Positions 1 to 7,918 of a stretch of 50,233 nt of DNA are shown here, in pieces (the stretch's first letter is position 1; the number at the start of each line of letters is the position of its first letter). A program made the position numbers and the translations under genes. The notes beneath the pieces were generated by a model. The model saw only the letters and a list, made by a program, of their open reading frames with translations. It made no database searches and was not told the DNA's origin. The stretch is from Acidimicrobiia bacterium (GTDB taxonomy: Bacteria > Actinomycetota > Acidimicrobiia > Spongiisociales > UBA5794), in the NCBI GenBank assembly GCA_036985755.1, contig BTQG01000004.1:1-50233 (forward strand). The letters are read 5' to 3'.

Positions 1-2
1 AC

Positions 3-401
3 CTCTACTACCGCTCCCGGATGGATCCGTTGGATTGGGGTTCGGTGTACATGACGTTCCTCCACGACTCGGAGTCCTCCATGTGGCTGCTCGGGCTGCT
101 TCCGGACGGTGTTCCGGCCGGGCTCGTCGCGGTCTCGGATTTCTCCGAGCCACATACGGCGACGATCGCCTTCGTCGGCGTTGTGCCACAACATCGCGGT
201 CACGGCTACATCGATGATCTGCTCGCCGCCGGCACCGCTGTCGCCGAATCACATGGCTTCATCAGCATGCTGTCGGACGTCGATACCGAGAACACGCCGA
301 TGCTCGCTGCCATGGAGCGAGCGGGCCACCACGCCGCGAAACGCCCCTGGCACGTCTGGCACCACGTGGGAAGTGTCGAAGAAATCAGTCGTCAGCACTG
401 A
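3..401 (+). CDS. GNAT family N-acetyltransferase, 5'-truncated by window edge
   Basis: Frame is open from position 3; contains GNAT motif A (FVGVVPQHRGHGY) and the C-terminal N..M...ERAG pattern. Confidence 0.75.
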   Translation, partial: LYYRSRMDPLDWGSVYMTFLHDSESSMWLLGLLPDGVPAGLVAVSDFSEPHTATIAFVGVVPQHRGHGYIDDLLAAGTAVAESHGFISMLSDVDTENTPMLAAMERAGHHAAKRPWHVWHHVGSVEEISRQH

Positions 402-441
402 GTCGTCAGTGCCGGGAACTATGAACAGGGAACCGATTGGG

Positions 442-993
442 TCACCCGTAACGCTCAGCTGCGATCCTGGCGTGTTTGGCGAACTCGAACGTGCCGTCGA
501 GCAGCCATCGGAAGGCCAGGCCGTCGAGTGCCCCGAGCAGGACCTCGGCTGCCACCGCAGCGTCCTCAGCGGTCAGGTGCGGGTCGGCCCTGCGCATGGC
601 GTCGGCAAACCTTCCCGCTCGCTGCACGTGGTGTTTCAGATAGCGCCGTGACACCGAGCTGTCGGTGTTGGACGATGCGGCCACCTGCAGATAGACCCTG
701 GCCAGCGGGGACTCGTCGACCACGAACGAGATATAGGCATCGACCAGCTCGTCGAGGGTTTCTGCGGCGGCCAGCGATGGGTCGGGGCCGACCGCCTGGA
801 TGGCCTCCCGCGCCACTTGGATCAGCACCTGCTCCTTCGAGGAGAACAGGTTGTAGAACGAGCCGGCCTGGACGTCGGCGCGATCGCAGATCGCTTTGAC
901 CGTCGTGCCTTCGAGCCCGACCTCGGCGAGCAACTCGCGCGTCGCCGCGACGATTCTTGCCTGGGTGCGTATCCCCGTTCGATATCTGGCCAT
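442..993 (-). CDS. TetR/AcrR family transcriptional regulator
   Basis: N-terminal TetR HTH (GLEGTTVKAICDRADVQAGSFYNLFSSKE); divergent from an acyl-CoA dehydrogenase. Confidence 0.9.
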   Translation of the reverse strand: MARYRTGIRTQARIVAATRELLAEVGLEGTTVKAICDRADVQAGSFYNLFSSKEQVLIQVAREAIQAVGPDPSLAAAETLDELVDAYISFVVDESPLARVYLQVAASSNTDSSVSRRYLKHHVQRAGRFADAMRRADPHLTAEDAAVAAEVLLGALDGLAFRWLLDGTFEFAKHARIAAERYG

Positions 994-1037
994 GTCTCCC
1001 CGGCGGGAACAATCAATCTTGAGCGGACGTTACAAAA

Positions 1038-1053
1038 TAGAGTGTATACTCAA
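1038..1053. promoter_or_regulatory. Putative TetR operator (imperfect palindrome TAGAGTGTATACTCAA)
   Basis: AT-rich dyad in the 122-bp divergent gap between the TetR and acyl-CoA dehydrogenase genes; function is inferred. Confidence 0.4.
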
Positions 1054-1115
1054 AATATACGTTGGCCACGCGTTGTTCGATACCGATACAAGGTGCAACC
1101 CCCAGAGGGCAGGTC

Positions 1116-2918
1116 ATGAGCCACTACAAGAGCAACCTCAGAGATCTCGAGTTCAACCTCTTCGAGGTGTATCCATATGACGACTACTTCGGTGAGGAAC
1201 CGTTCGAGGAGTTCGATCGCGATACCACCATGGACATCCTGCGCGAGGTCGATCGCCTGGCGCGAGAGGATTTCGCGGCGAGCTTCGTCGATGCCGATCG
1301 GATCAAACTCGAGCTCGTCGATGGTGAGGTCGAGCTTCCCGAGTCGGTGAAGGCGAGCCTGGCGGCGCTGCATGACGGTGGCTGGCATCTGCTGGCGGTA
1401 CCGAAGTCGCTTGGTGGCCACGGGGCCCCATCGTTGCTTCGATGGGCGCTCGCCGAGCTCTTTGCCGGTTCCAACGCCGCCATCTACCTCTATGCAGGCG
1501 GCGCGCGAATGGCGACCGTAATCGCCCACGAAGGCACACCGGAGCAGGCGGCCCGCTTCGCCCAACCGATGATCGCCAACAACTGGGGCGCATCGATGGT
1601 GCTCACCGAGCCCGACGCCGGCTCCGATGTTGGTGCCGGCGTCACCAAGGCGGTGCATGTAGAGGGCGATGTGTGGCACATCGAGGGTGTGAAGCGATTC
1701 ATCACATCGGGAGAGAACGACTACTACGAGAACATCGTGCATCTGGTGCTGGCTCGACGCGAGGGCGGACCGCCGGGGACCAAGGGCCTTTCGATGTTCA
1801 TCGTCCCCAAATACCTGGTGAACGAGGACGGCTCGATGGGAGCCCGTAACGGGGTGTATGCGACAAACCTCGAGGACAAGATGGGCATTCGCGGCTCGAC
1901 TACCTGCGAACTGAGTTTCGGGGTCGACGAGCCGGCGATCGGATACCTCGTTGGAGATGTTCATGAGGGCATCAGGCAGATGTTCCTCATCATCGAAGAC
2001 GCCAGGATGTCGATCGGCGTCAAGTCTGCGGCGACGCTGTCCACGGGTTACCTCAACGCTCTGGAGTACGCCAAGGAACGCGTGCAATCCGCAGACCTGA
2101 CTGAGGCTGGGGACAAGACCGCGCCGAGGGTTCCGATCATCGACCATCCGGACGTGCGTCGCATGCTGATGGACCAGAAGGCGTACGCAGAGGGCCTGCG
2201 GGCGCTGTTCATGTACAGCGCATGGGTGCTCGATCAAGCGCGCCTCCACCCCGACGATGAGCATTGGGCCCGATTGGACGACCTATTGCTGCCGATGGTG
2301 AAGGGATACGCTTCGGAGAAGGCGTACGAGATGCTCGCCGAGGCCCTCCAGGTGCTCGGAGGGTCTGGCTTCACCAAGGACTACCCGCTGGAGCAGTACA
2401 TCAGGGACGCCAAGATCGACACCCTGTACGAGGGAACCACGGGGATCCAGGGTCTGGACATGTTCTTCAGAAAGATCGCCAGGGACAAGGGGGCAACGCT
2501 GACGATGCTCGTCCAGGAGATCCTGGAGACGGTCAAGGGCGGGCACGAGGAGCTGGTTGCCGAGCGCGAGCTGCTCGGAAAAGCCCTCGAGGATATGCAG
2601 GGCCAGGTCGGGGCCATGGTCGGACATGCGGTGGCATCGGCAAGCGAGCCAGAAGAGATCTACAAGACGGGGCTGCACACGACGTCGTTGCTCGAAGGCC
2701 TTGCCGAAGTGATTATCGGTTGGCTGCTGATCCGCCACGCCGCCGTCGCCATCGATGCCCTCGAGGGTGCCGACGAATCCGATGAGTCTTTCTACGAAGG
2801 AAAGATCGCCTCGGCCAGGTGGTTTTGCGCCAACGTGCTTCCCGAGGCGGCGCTGCGTCGGGCCCGGGCGGAAGCCGAAGACGGCTCGCTGATGGAACTG
2901 CCCGTCGAGGCGTTCTAG
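1116..2918 (+). CDS. Acyl-CoA dehydrogenase (FadE5/DmdC-like long type)
   Basis: Start MSHYKSNLRDLEFNLFEV; motifs MVLTEPDAGSDVG, GVKRFITSG, KMGIRGSTTC, IDTLYEGTTGIQ. Confidence 0.93.
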   Translation: MSHYKSNLRDLEFNLFEVYPYDDYFGEEPFEEFDRDTTMDILREVDRLAREDFAASFVDADRIKLELVDGEVELPESVKASLAALHDGGWHLLAVPKSLGGHGAPSLLRWALAELFAGSNAAIYLYAGGARMATVIAHEGTPEQAARFAQPMIANNWGASMVLTEPDAGSDVGAGVTKAVHVEGDVWHIEGVKRFITSGENDYYENIVHLVLARREGGPPGTKGLSMFIVPKYLVNEDGSMGARNGVYATNLEDKMGIRGSTTCELSFGVDEPAIGYLVGDVHEGIRQMFLIIEDARMSIGVKSAATLSTGYLNALEYAKERVQSADLTEAGDKTAPRVPIIDHPDVRRMLMDQKAYAEGLRALFMYSAWVLDQARLHPDDEHWARLDDLLLPMVKGYASEKAYEMLAEALQVLGGSGFTKDYPLEQYIRDAKIDTLYEGTTGIQGLDMFFRKIARDKGATLTMLVQEILETVKGGHEELVAERELLGKALEDMQGQVGAMVGHAVASASEPEEIYKTGLHTTSLLEGLAEVIIGWLLIRHAAVAIDALEGADESDESFYEGKIASARWFCANVLPEAALRRARAEAEDGSLMELPVEAF

Positions 2919-3029
2919 GAGGGTGGTCGGAAATACTCCAGCGGGGCGTCGCGGTACTCAGAAACCTAGTCAGGGCTGGTCAACCCAGCGGCGCCTCGTG
3001 GTACTCGTCATTTGCGACCACCCTTCTAG
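2915..3029. mobile_element. MITE-like element copy 1 (16-bp imperfect terminal inverted repeats, CTAG on both flanks)
   Basis: CTAG-GAGGGTGGTCGGAAAT...ATTTGCGACCACCCTT-CTAG; second copy at 15102-15217; no coding capacity. Confidence 0.7.
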
Positions 3030-3083
3030 GTGGGCGGCGACGGCTAAGGTTTCTCCGTATTTCAACCCCTACGGAGGTGACCG

Positions 3084-3419
3084 TTGTTCTGGGAAGTGAT
3101 TGGCTGGCTGTTCTGGGCATTCCTGCTCGCCGTCTGGCTGTACCTGTTGATCGTCATCTTTTCCGACCTGTGGACCAATGCGTGGAACGGTTGGATCACG
3201 GCGGCGTGGACCGTTGCAATCATCGGGTTCCCTCTGATCGGCATCCTCGCCTACATGATCTTCCGGCCGGAGCCGACTGCGGCGCAAAAGGCTGCGATGT
3301 ACCGGCAGCAGGCCGGGATCAGCACCGCCGAGGAGCTGGAAAAGCTATCTGAGCTGCACAACAAGGGCGTGCTCACCGACGAAGAGTTCGCCGAGCAGAA
3401 AGCCAGAGTGCTCGCCTAG
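3084..3419 (+). CDS. Small membrane protein with PLDc N-terminal-like TM hairpin and SHOCT domain
   Basis: Two TM segments with FPLIGILAY; C-terminal AEELEKLSELHNKGVLTDEEFAEQKARVL is SHOCT-like; GGAGG RBS upstream. Confidence 0.85.
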   Translation: MFWEVIGWLFWAFLLAVWLYLLIVIFSDLWTNAWNGWITAAWTVAIIGFPLIGILAYMIFRPEPTAAQKAAMYRQQAGISTAEELEKLSELHNKGVLTDEEFAEQKARVLA

Positions 3420-3436
3420 TCGAGCCAACGACCGAA

Positions 3437-3467
3437 GGAAGAGCCGGGCCCTGTGCCCGGTTCTTCC
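3437..3467 (+). terminator. Intrinsic terminator-like hairpin
   Basis: GGAAGAGCCGGGC-cctgt-GCCCGGTTCTTCC, a 13-bp stem just after the SHOCT gene stop. Confidence 0.6.
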
Positions 3468-3491
3468 GCGTGCGGAGGTAGCCTTCCCTGC

Positions 3492-3998
3492 GTGGAATCC
3501 AACGACCGCTACCAGGGCATCGTCGGTCTGCGGGCCCTGCGAGCCTATCGCGACGAACCGCTGGACGAGGCCGATCTGACTGCGCTTCTCGAAGCCGCCC
3601 GTTGGACGGGATCGGCCAAGAACAGTCAGAACTGGGCGTTTGTCGTTGTCGACGAAGAGCAGCAGCGGCGCCGGCTCGCCGACTGCGGCAGCTATACCCA
3701 GCCGGTGCGTGACGCACCCGTCACCATCGCCCTCGTCGAGCAGCCGGGCGGCTACGAGTTCGACACAGGGAGGGTGGCCCAGAACATCATGCTGGCCGCC
3801 GACAGTCTCGGCATCGCTTCGTGCCCGGTGACGCTACACCGCGACGACGAGGCGGCGATCGTGCTCGCTCTGCCTGATGGCGCTCGATGCCGCTTCGCAG
3901 TCGCGCTGGGCTACCCGGCGCCGGAGGCGGCGCCGGGCAATTGGGGGGGGCGCAAGCCGCTCGACGAGCTGACCCACTCCAACCGGTACGGGGAGTGA
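3492..3998 (+). CDS. Nitroreductase family protein
   Basis: Motifs LRALRAY, AARWTGSAKNSQNWAF, DTGRVAQNIMLAA, ALGYP; GTG start inferred. Confidence 0.88.
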   Translation: MESNDRYQGIVGLRALRAYRDEPLDEADLTALLEAARWTGSAKNSQNWAFVVVDEEQQRRRLADCGSYTQPVRDAPVTIALVEQPGGYEFDTGRVAQNIMLAADSLGIASCPVTLHRDDEAAIVLALPDGARCRFAVALGYPAPEAAPGNWGGRKPLDELTHSNRYGE

Positions 3999-4765
3999 CC
4001 GGAGCACCCATCGGCATGTTCGATTCCGGTGTCGGTGGGCTCTCCATCTATGTGGAAACGCGGCACGCCTTGCCCGGCCACGACATCATCTACGTGGCCG
4101 ACCAGGGCTACGGGATGTACGGAGAGCGCAGCCTTGCTGAGGTCAGACAACGCTCAGAGACCGTCGCCCGGTTTCTGATCGACCGGGGGGCAACGACGAT
4201 CGTGGTGGCGTGCAACTCGGCGTCGGCTGCGGCACTGCACCCTTTGCGTGCTCAGTTTCCTGGGGTGACCTTTGTCGGGATGGAACCGGCGGTCAAACCC
4301 GCTGCAGGGGTCAGCAGGACCGGGAAGATCGGTGTGCTCGCCACCGAAACGACGTTCCAGGGCGAGCTCTTTGCCTCGGTAGTCGACCGGCACGCCGCAA
4401 ATCACGAGGTCATCACCAAAACATGTCCGGGTCTCGCCGCCGCCATCGAGGCCGGCGACCCTGGGACCGACGAGCTCATCGAGCGCTACGTCGGGGACGT
4501 CGTCGCCAGGGGCGCCGACGTCGTGGTGCTGGGGTGCACGCACTACTCGCTGGTGAAGGACCGCATCGCGGCAGCCGCCGACACCGCAACGGTCGTCGAC
4601 CCCGCACCGGCGGTCGCTCGCCAGGTGGCGCGGGTCGTTGACAATCCCCACCGGTCTTCCCACGGGAGCGTGACCTTCCTCACCACCGCAGACCCTGACC
4701 GCTTCTCCGGACAGCTCCGAGAGCTGCTGGGGTTGGCGGCGTCTCCCGGTCGTGTCGAGCTGTGA
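3995..4765 (+). CDS. murI: Glutamate racemase
   Basis: FDSGVGGLS, VACNSAS and VLGCTHY catalytic Cys motifs; GTGA overlap with upstream stop. Confidence 0.95.
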   Translation: MTGAPIGMFDSGVGGLSIYVETRHALPGHDIIYVADQGYGMYGERSLAEVRQRSETVARFLIDRGATTIVVACNSASAAALHPLRAQFPGVTFVGMEPAVKPAAGVSRTGKIGVLATETTFQGELFASVVDRHAANHEVITKTCPGLAAAIEAGDPGTDELIERYVGDVVARGADVVVLGCTHYSLVKDRIAAAADTATVVDPAPAVARQVARVVDNPHRSSHGSVTFLTTADPDRFSGQLRELLGLAASPGRVEL

Positions 4766-5304
4766 CGTCGGAATCCCATTCCATCGTCACCGTCGTCGAG
4801 GGCGACATCACCGGACAGGACGTTGATGTGATCGTCAATGCCGCCAACGCCAAACTCCTGCACGGAGGAGGGGTCGCCGCCGCTATCTCCCGTGCCGGGG
4901 GCCCCGTCATAGACGAGGAGTCGCGCGCCTGGGTCGCCGCCAACGGGCCGGTCGGCCCCGGGGTGGCAGCGGTGACGTCCGGAGGTGACCTGGCGGCGGG
5001 CCACGTTGTCCATGTCGTTGGTCCGGTGTTTGTCCCAGGCGGTGACAACGAGGACAGACTCCGTCGAGCGGTGGCGGCCGCCCTCGATGCCGCGCTCGTC
5101 CTCGAGGTCTCCTCGGTCGCGCTTCCCGCGATCTCGGCGGGAATCTACGGGTATCCGCCAGAGCAGGCGACCCTGGTCATTGCATCCGAGGTGGTCGCCT
5201 GGCTCGCTTCGCACCCCGAATCGTTCACCGAGGTACGCCTCGTCGCATTCACAGCCGACACCGCATCCGCCTTCGCCGCGGCCCTGCGAACCCTGGGCTC
5301 GTAG
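4762..5304 (+). CDS. Macro domain protein (YmdB-like O-acetyl-ADP-ribose deacetylase)
   Basis: GDIT..DVIVNAAN..L.HGGGVAAAI, HVVGP, PAISAGIYGYP. Confidence 0.93.
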   Translation: MTSESHSIVTVVEGDITGQDVDVIVNAANAKLLHGGGVAAAISRAGGPVIDEESRAWVAANGPVGPGVAAVTSGGDLAAGHVVHVVGPVFVPGGDNEDRLRRAVAAALDAALVLEVSSVALPAISAGIYGYPPEQATLVIASEVVAWLASHPESFTEVRLVAFTADTASAFAAALRTLGS

Positions 5305-5352
5305 GGTCTGTTCGTTCTGTGGGTTGTCGCGGCGCGCTCTAACATCGTGTCG

Positions 5353-6177
5353 ATGAGACCAACGGTGGCGATTCTGGGTGCAGGGGCGATGGGCGAGATA
5401 CTCGCCACGGGTTTGCTGCGCGCTGGATGGCAGACCGATGACCTCGTCCTGGCCGTCCGCCGTCCCGAGCGTGCCAAAGAGGTCGAAATGCGCACGGGGA
5501 TCACCGCCCTGCTCGATGCAGCCGCGGCTGCTGCGGGTCGCGATGTCGTCGTGATCTCCGTAAAACCGAAGGATATTCCCGCCCTGCTCGACGAGGTCGC
5601 CGACGTCATCACTACCGATCAGATCGTCCTCACCCTGGCCGCCGGAGTGCCGATCGCGGCGTTCGCCGAGCGGCTCGACGGTGTCCCGATCGTGCGCGCT
5701 ATGCCCAACACTCCGGCGGCTGTGGACGAAGGGGTGACCGCCTACGTCGGTGGCGAATACGCCGACGAGCAGGTTTTGGCGGCGGCGGCCGAGGTTCTCG
5801 GCGCCGTGGGAAAGACCATCGCACTGTCGGAAGACCTGATGGACGCGGTCACCGCGGTTTCCGGCAGCGGTCCGGCGTACGTGTTCCTGCTTGCCGAGGC
5901 CATGACCGAGGCGGCCATCCGTGAAGGGCTTCCTCATCACGCCGCAGAGCTGCTCGTGCACCAGACACTACGGGGGGCGGGAATGCTCCTCGCCGAGTCG
6001 GGAAAGTCAGCGTTCCGCCTTCGGGGCGAGGTCACCTCCCCCGGCGGAACCACAGCCGCCGCCATGCACGTGCTCGACGAGGGAGGATTCAGGGCGCTCA
6101 TGGAGGACGCCATCCGCGCCGCGGCGCAACGGTCCCGCGACCTCGGCGCCAGAGTGCAAGGAGACCTGCCCGCTTGA
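5353..6177 (+). CDS. proC: Pyrroline-5-carboxylate reductase
   Basis: GAGAMG, VKP, RAMPNTP, TAVSGSGPAY, VTSPGGTT. Confidence 0.95.
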   Translation: MRPTVAILGAGAMGEILATGLLRAGWQTDDLVLAVRRPERAKEVEMRTGITALLDAAAAAAGRDVVVISVKPKDIPALLDEVADVITTDQIVLTLAAGVPIAAFAERLDGVPIVRAMPNTPAAVDEGVTAYVGGEYADEQVLAAAAEVLGAVGKTIALSEDLMDAVTAVSGSGPAYVFLLAEAMTEAAIREGLPHHAAELLVHQTLRGAGMLLAESGKSAFRLRGEVTSPGGTTAAAMHVLDEGGFRALMEDAIRAAAQRSRDLGARVQGDLPA

Positions 6178-7085
6178 ATCTCCTCGGCAGGGGCCTTCTG
6201 GCGGTGACCGACTGGTCGCCGGCGCGCAAGCTGTTCACCGCGACAACCGCCGGCAAGAGGCTTTCGCATCGTTTCGTGGCCGGTGAGACCCTCGATGAGG
6301 CCGTTGCGGTCGCCGCCGAGCTCAATGCCGCAGGGGCACAGGTCTCGTTGGATTTTCTCGGAGAGCTCGTCGCCGATTCCACGGCGTGTTTCGAAGCTCG
6401 TGACGCATATCTGGCCTGCCTGGACCGCATCGGCAGCGATGGCCTCGACGCCAACATCTCCGTCAAATTGACCCAACTCGGGCTCGGGTTCGATGAGTCG
6501 CTGACAGCGGAGCTACTCGCCCAACTCGCCGAGCGGGCACTGGACATCGGCACCACCATCACCGTCGACATGGAGGAATCAGCCTTCGCCGAGTCGACGA
6601 TCTCGGTGTACGAGGTGGTCCAGTCCGCAGCAGGGAATCTGGGAATCGCCGTCCAGGCATATCTGTATCGGACCCAGGCCGATCTGGATCGCATCATCCC
6701 CCTGGGTGGCCACGTTCGTCTGTGCAAGGGGGCCTATGCCGAGCCTGAAGTCGTCGCCTACCCATCCAGGGCGCGAGTCGATGCTGCCTTCGATGACCTG
6801 AGCAGACGGCTCATGACAGAGCCCGGCGTGCTGGTGGCGATCGCAACGCACGACCTGCCCCGGATCGACCTGGTAAGGGAGCTTGGTGCTGAGCGGTCGG
6901 CTCCCTGGGAGTTTCAGATGCTGTTCGGCGTTCGCCGCCAGCTTCAGACACAGCTCATCGAGGCTGGTCATCCCCTGAGGATCTACTTGCCCTACGGCAG
7001 CGCCTGGTACTCGTACCTCACCCGACGGGTGGCCGAGCGTCCCGCCAACCTGGCGTTCCTCCTGCGCGCCGCCGCTGGTAAATAG
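6174..7085 (+). CDS. Monofunctional proline dehydrogenase
   Basis: RFVAGE, SVKLTQLG, VDMEE, RLCKGAY, IATHD, EFQML, RRVAERPAN; overlaps the proC stop. Confidence 0.93.
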   Translation: MNLLGRGLLAVTDWSPARKLFTATTAGKRLSHRFVAGETLDEAVAVAAELNAAGAQVSLDFLGELVADSTACFEARDAYLACLDRIGSDGLDANISVKLTQLGLGFDESLTAELLAQLAERALDIGTTITVDMEESAFAESTISVYEVVQSAAGNLGIAVQAYLYRTQADLDRIIPLGGHVRLCKGAYAEPEVVAYPSRARVDAAFDDLSRRLMTEPGVLVAIATHDLPRIDLVRELGAERSAPWEFQMLFGVRRQLQTQLIEAGHPLRIYLPYGSAWYSYLTRRVAERPANLAFLLRAAAGK

Positions 7086-7156
7086 CCGATACCCCGAGGA
7101 AGCAGCCCGTACCGGTGCTCTAGACTTTCCACAACGGCAACAGAGAGGACCCGCCG

Positions 7157-7915
7157 ATGCTTCGGAAATGGTGGGAGTACATCAAGGCCTGGTTCCGCTC
7201 GGCTTCGGATCAAGCGATGAAACCCGAAATCGAGATCCAAATGGCGATGGACGAGGCGAAGAAGAAGAACCAGGACCTGCGCAACCAGGCCGCCAACATC
7301 GTGGCGCACCGGACCCAGCTCGAAGCCAAGATCGAGAAGGAGGCCGACACCGTCGGCGAGACTCGCGAGATGGCCAAGCAGGCCATCCTGAAGGCCGAAG
7401 AGTCCAAGACCGCCGGCGACACGGCCGGCGTGGACAAATGGACGAGCGCGGCGCAAACCCTCGCCCTCAAGCTCCAGGCATCCGAGACCAACTTGTCGTC
7501 GCTGACGAGCCAATACGAGGTCGCCATCGAGCAGGCCGACGATGCGAAGCGGGCCGTACAAACCAACGCGACCAGGCTTCAACAGCTCTCGGCGAAGCAG
7601 ATCGAGCTGATGGGTGCGTTGGAACAGGCGAAAATGCAAGAAGCCGTCAACGATGCCGTGCAGACGATGTCGTCGACGATGGACGATGAGCTGCCATCGC
7701 TGGCATCGGTCGAGGAGAAGATCGAGCTTCGCAAGGCCCAGGCAATGGCCAAAGCGGAGATCTATGAAGCCACGCCACAGGGAGCAGAGGCCGAGTTACG
7801 GGAGGCGATCAACCTGACCGCCGCCGATGCCAAACTCGCCGAACTCAAGGCAGAGCTGGGACTCACCACCGGCGGCGAAGCAGAAACAGGTGAGGCGACG
7901 GGGCTCGAGGCCTAG
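7157..7915 (+). CDS. pspA: PspA/IM30 family protein
   Basis: Long coiled coil with actinobacterial PspA pattern (PEIEIQMAM, QAANIVA, LEQAKMQE, PSLASVEEKIE). Confidence 0.85.
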   Translation: MLRKWWEYIKAWFRSASDQAMKPEIEIQMAMDEAKKKNQDLRNQAANIVAHRTQLEAKIEKEADTVGETREMAKQAILKAEESKTAGDTAGVDKWTSAAQTLALKLQASETNLSSLTSQYEVAIEQADDAKRAVQTNATRLQQLSAKQIELMGALEQAKMQEAVNDAVQTMSSTMDDELPSLASVEEKIELRKAQAMAKAEIYEATPQGAEAELREAINLTAADAKLAELKAELGLTTGGEAETGEATGLEA

Positions 7916-7918
7916 CCC

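Noticed and set aside
4762-5304. Macrodomain as an anti-phage or toxin-antitoxin component (DarG, Thoeris)
   Set aside because: It is a stand-alone YmdB-like domain in a housekeeping run with no DarT, TIR or SLOG partner.
1050-5961. Long antisense and alternate-frame ORFs (e.g. 1050-2264, 4543-5961 and many others across the window)
   Set aside because: These are shadows of real genes expected at high GC, with Arg/Pro/Gly-rich composition and no motifs.
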